In this document: piece by piece, positions 31,736-32,000 of the stretch
Position numbering within the stretch: the stretch's first letter is position 1
Layout of the letters: every line of letters starts with the position of its first letter
Origin: Pseudomonadota bacterium
GTDB lineage: Bacteria > Myxococcota_A > Polyangia > Polyangiales > Polyangiaceae
Assembly: GCA_023402175.1 (NCBI GenBank)
Contig: JAEXCN010000099.1
Location: 25,178 to 57,177 of the forward strand
Reading direction: 5' to 3'
Length of the DNA stretch: 32,000 bases
Notes under the pieces: generated by a model
What the model saw: only the letters and a program-made list of their open reading frames with translations
What the model was told of the DNA's origin: nothing
Database searches by the model: none
Position numbers and translations under genes: made by a program

Positions 31736-32000
31736 TCACTGGAGGTGGTTGCGGTCGAGAAGCTTGCCGTCTGCTCCGAGCCCAGCCTTCCGGTAACGAT
31801 CCTCGGTCGTGAGGCCAGGCTCTTCCGGTGGCGCCGTGATGTCCTCGACGACGATCTGACTTCGATACTCGCCCACTCCGAGCTCGGGCCGTACCTGGAT
31901 CGACAGCGTCTTCGAAGGATCCGCTCCGACGACGACGCCGTCGAATCGAATCTCGTTCCGTCCGGTCGAGGTCGTGCCGTCCTTCACACGCTTGCGGACG
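31736..32000 (-). CDS. partial CDS (C-terminal end; open to right edge), unknown function
   Basis: The reading frame stays open upstream of the track GTG at 31987 (...VRKRVKDGTTSTGRNEIRFDG...). Stop at 31736, 16 nt before the next gene. Confidence 0.5.
   Translation of the reverse strand, partial: VRKRVKDGTTSTGRNEIRFDGVVVGADPSKTLSIQVRPELGVGEYRSQIVVEDITAPPEEPGLTTEDRYRKAGLGADGKLLDRNHLQ

Overview
High-GC (roughly 68-70%) bacterial window with Myxococcota-like gene content: a Hanks kinase next to an FGE-sulfatase lipoprotein, an FHA/sigma54 activator and many lipoproteins. The flanks are ordinary chromosomal genes (M18 aminopeptidase, comM, recA, DoxX, SDR, amine oxidase, flippase). The centre, 7869-15861, is an ~8 kb island of RNA genes, all on the minus strand. 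By hand folding it holds 34 tRNA genes that together cover all 20 amino acids, plus 2 degraded tRNA copies. It also holds a Ro60/Rsr (TROVE+vWA) gene and an HNH endonuclease gene. Five members of one structured-RNA family share a covarying helix / 7x7 internal loop / helix module. One member sits beside rsr and is fused to a tRNA-like acceptor stem. The other four are tandem tRNA-like genes that are circularly permuted, with capped acceptor stems and ends opened in the variable region. A miniaturised look-alike of 23S rRNA H69-H71 lies in the largest spacer. Many array tRNAs break near-universal rules: G55 in the T-loop, C33, 4-5 nt D-loops, and Leu-anticodon tRNAs without a long variable arm. 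Separately, 22.4-23.6 kb is a 1.2 kb field of palindrome-containing tandem repeats that is not a CRISPR array. All RNA calls are hand folds from the sequence, and coordinates may be off by 1-3 nt.
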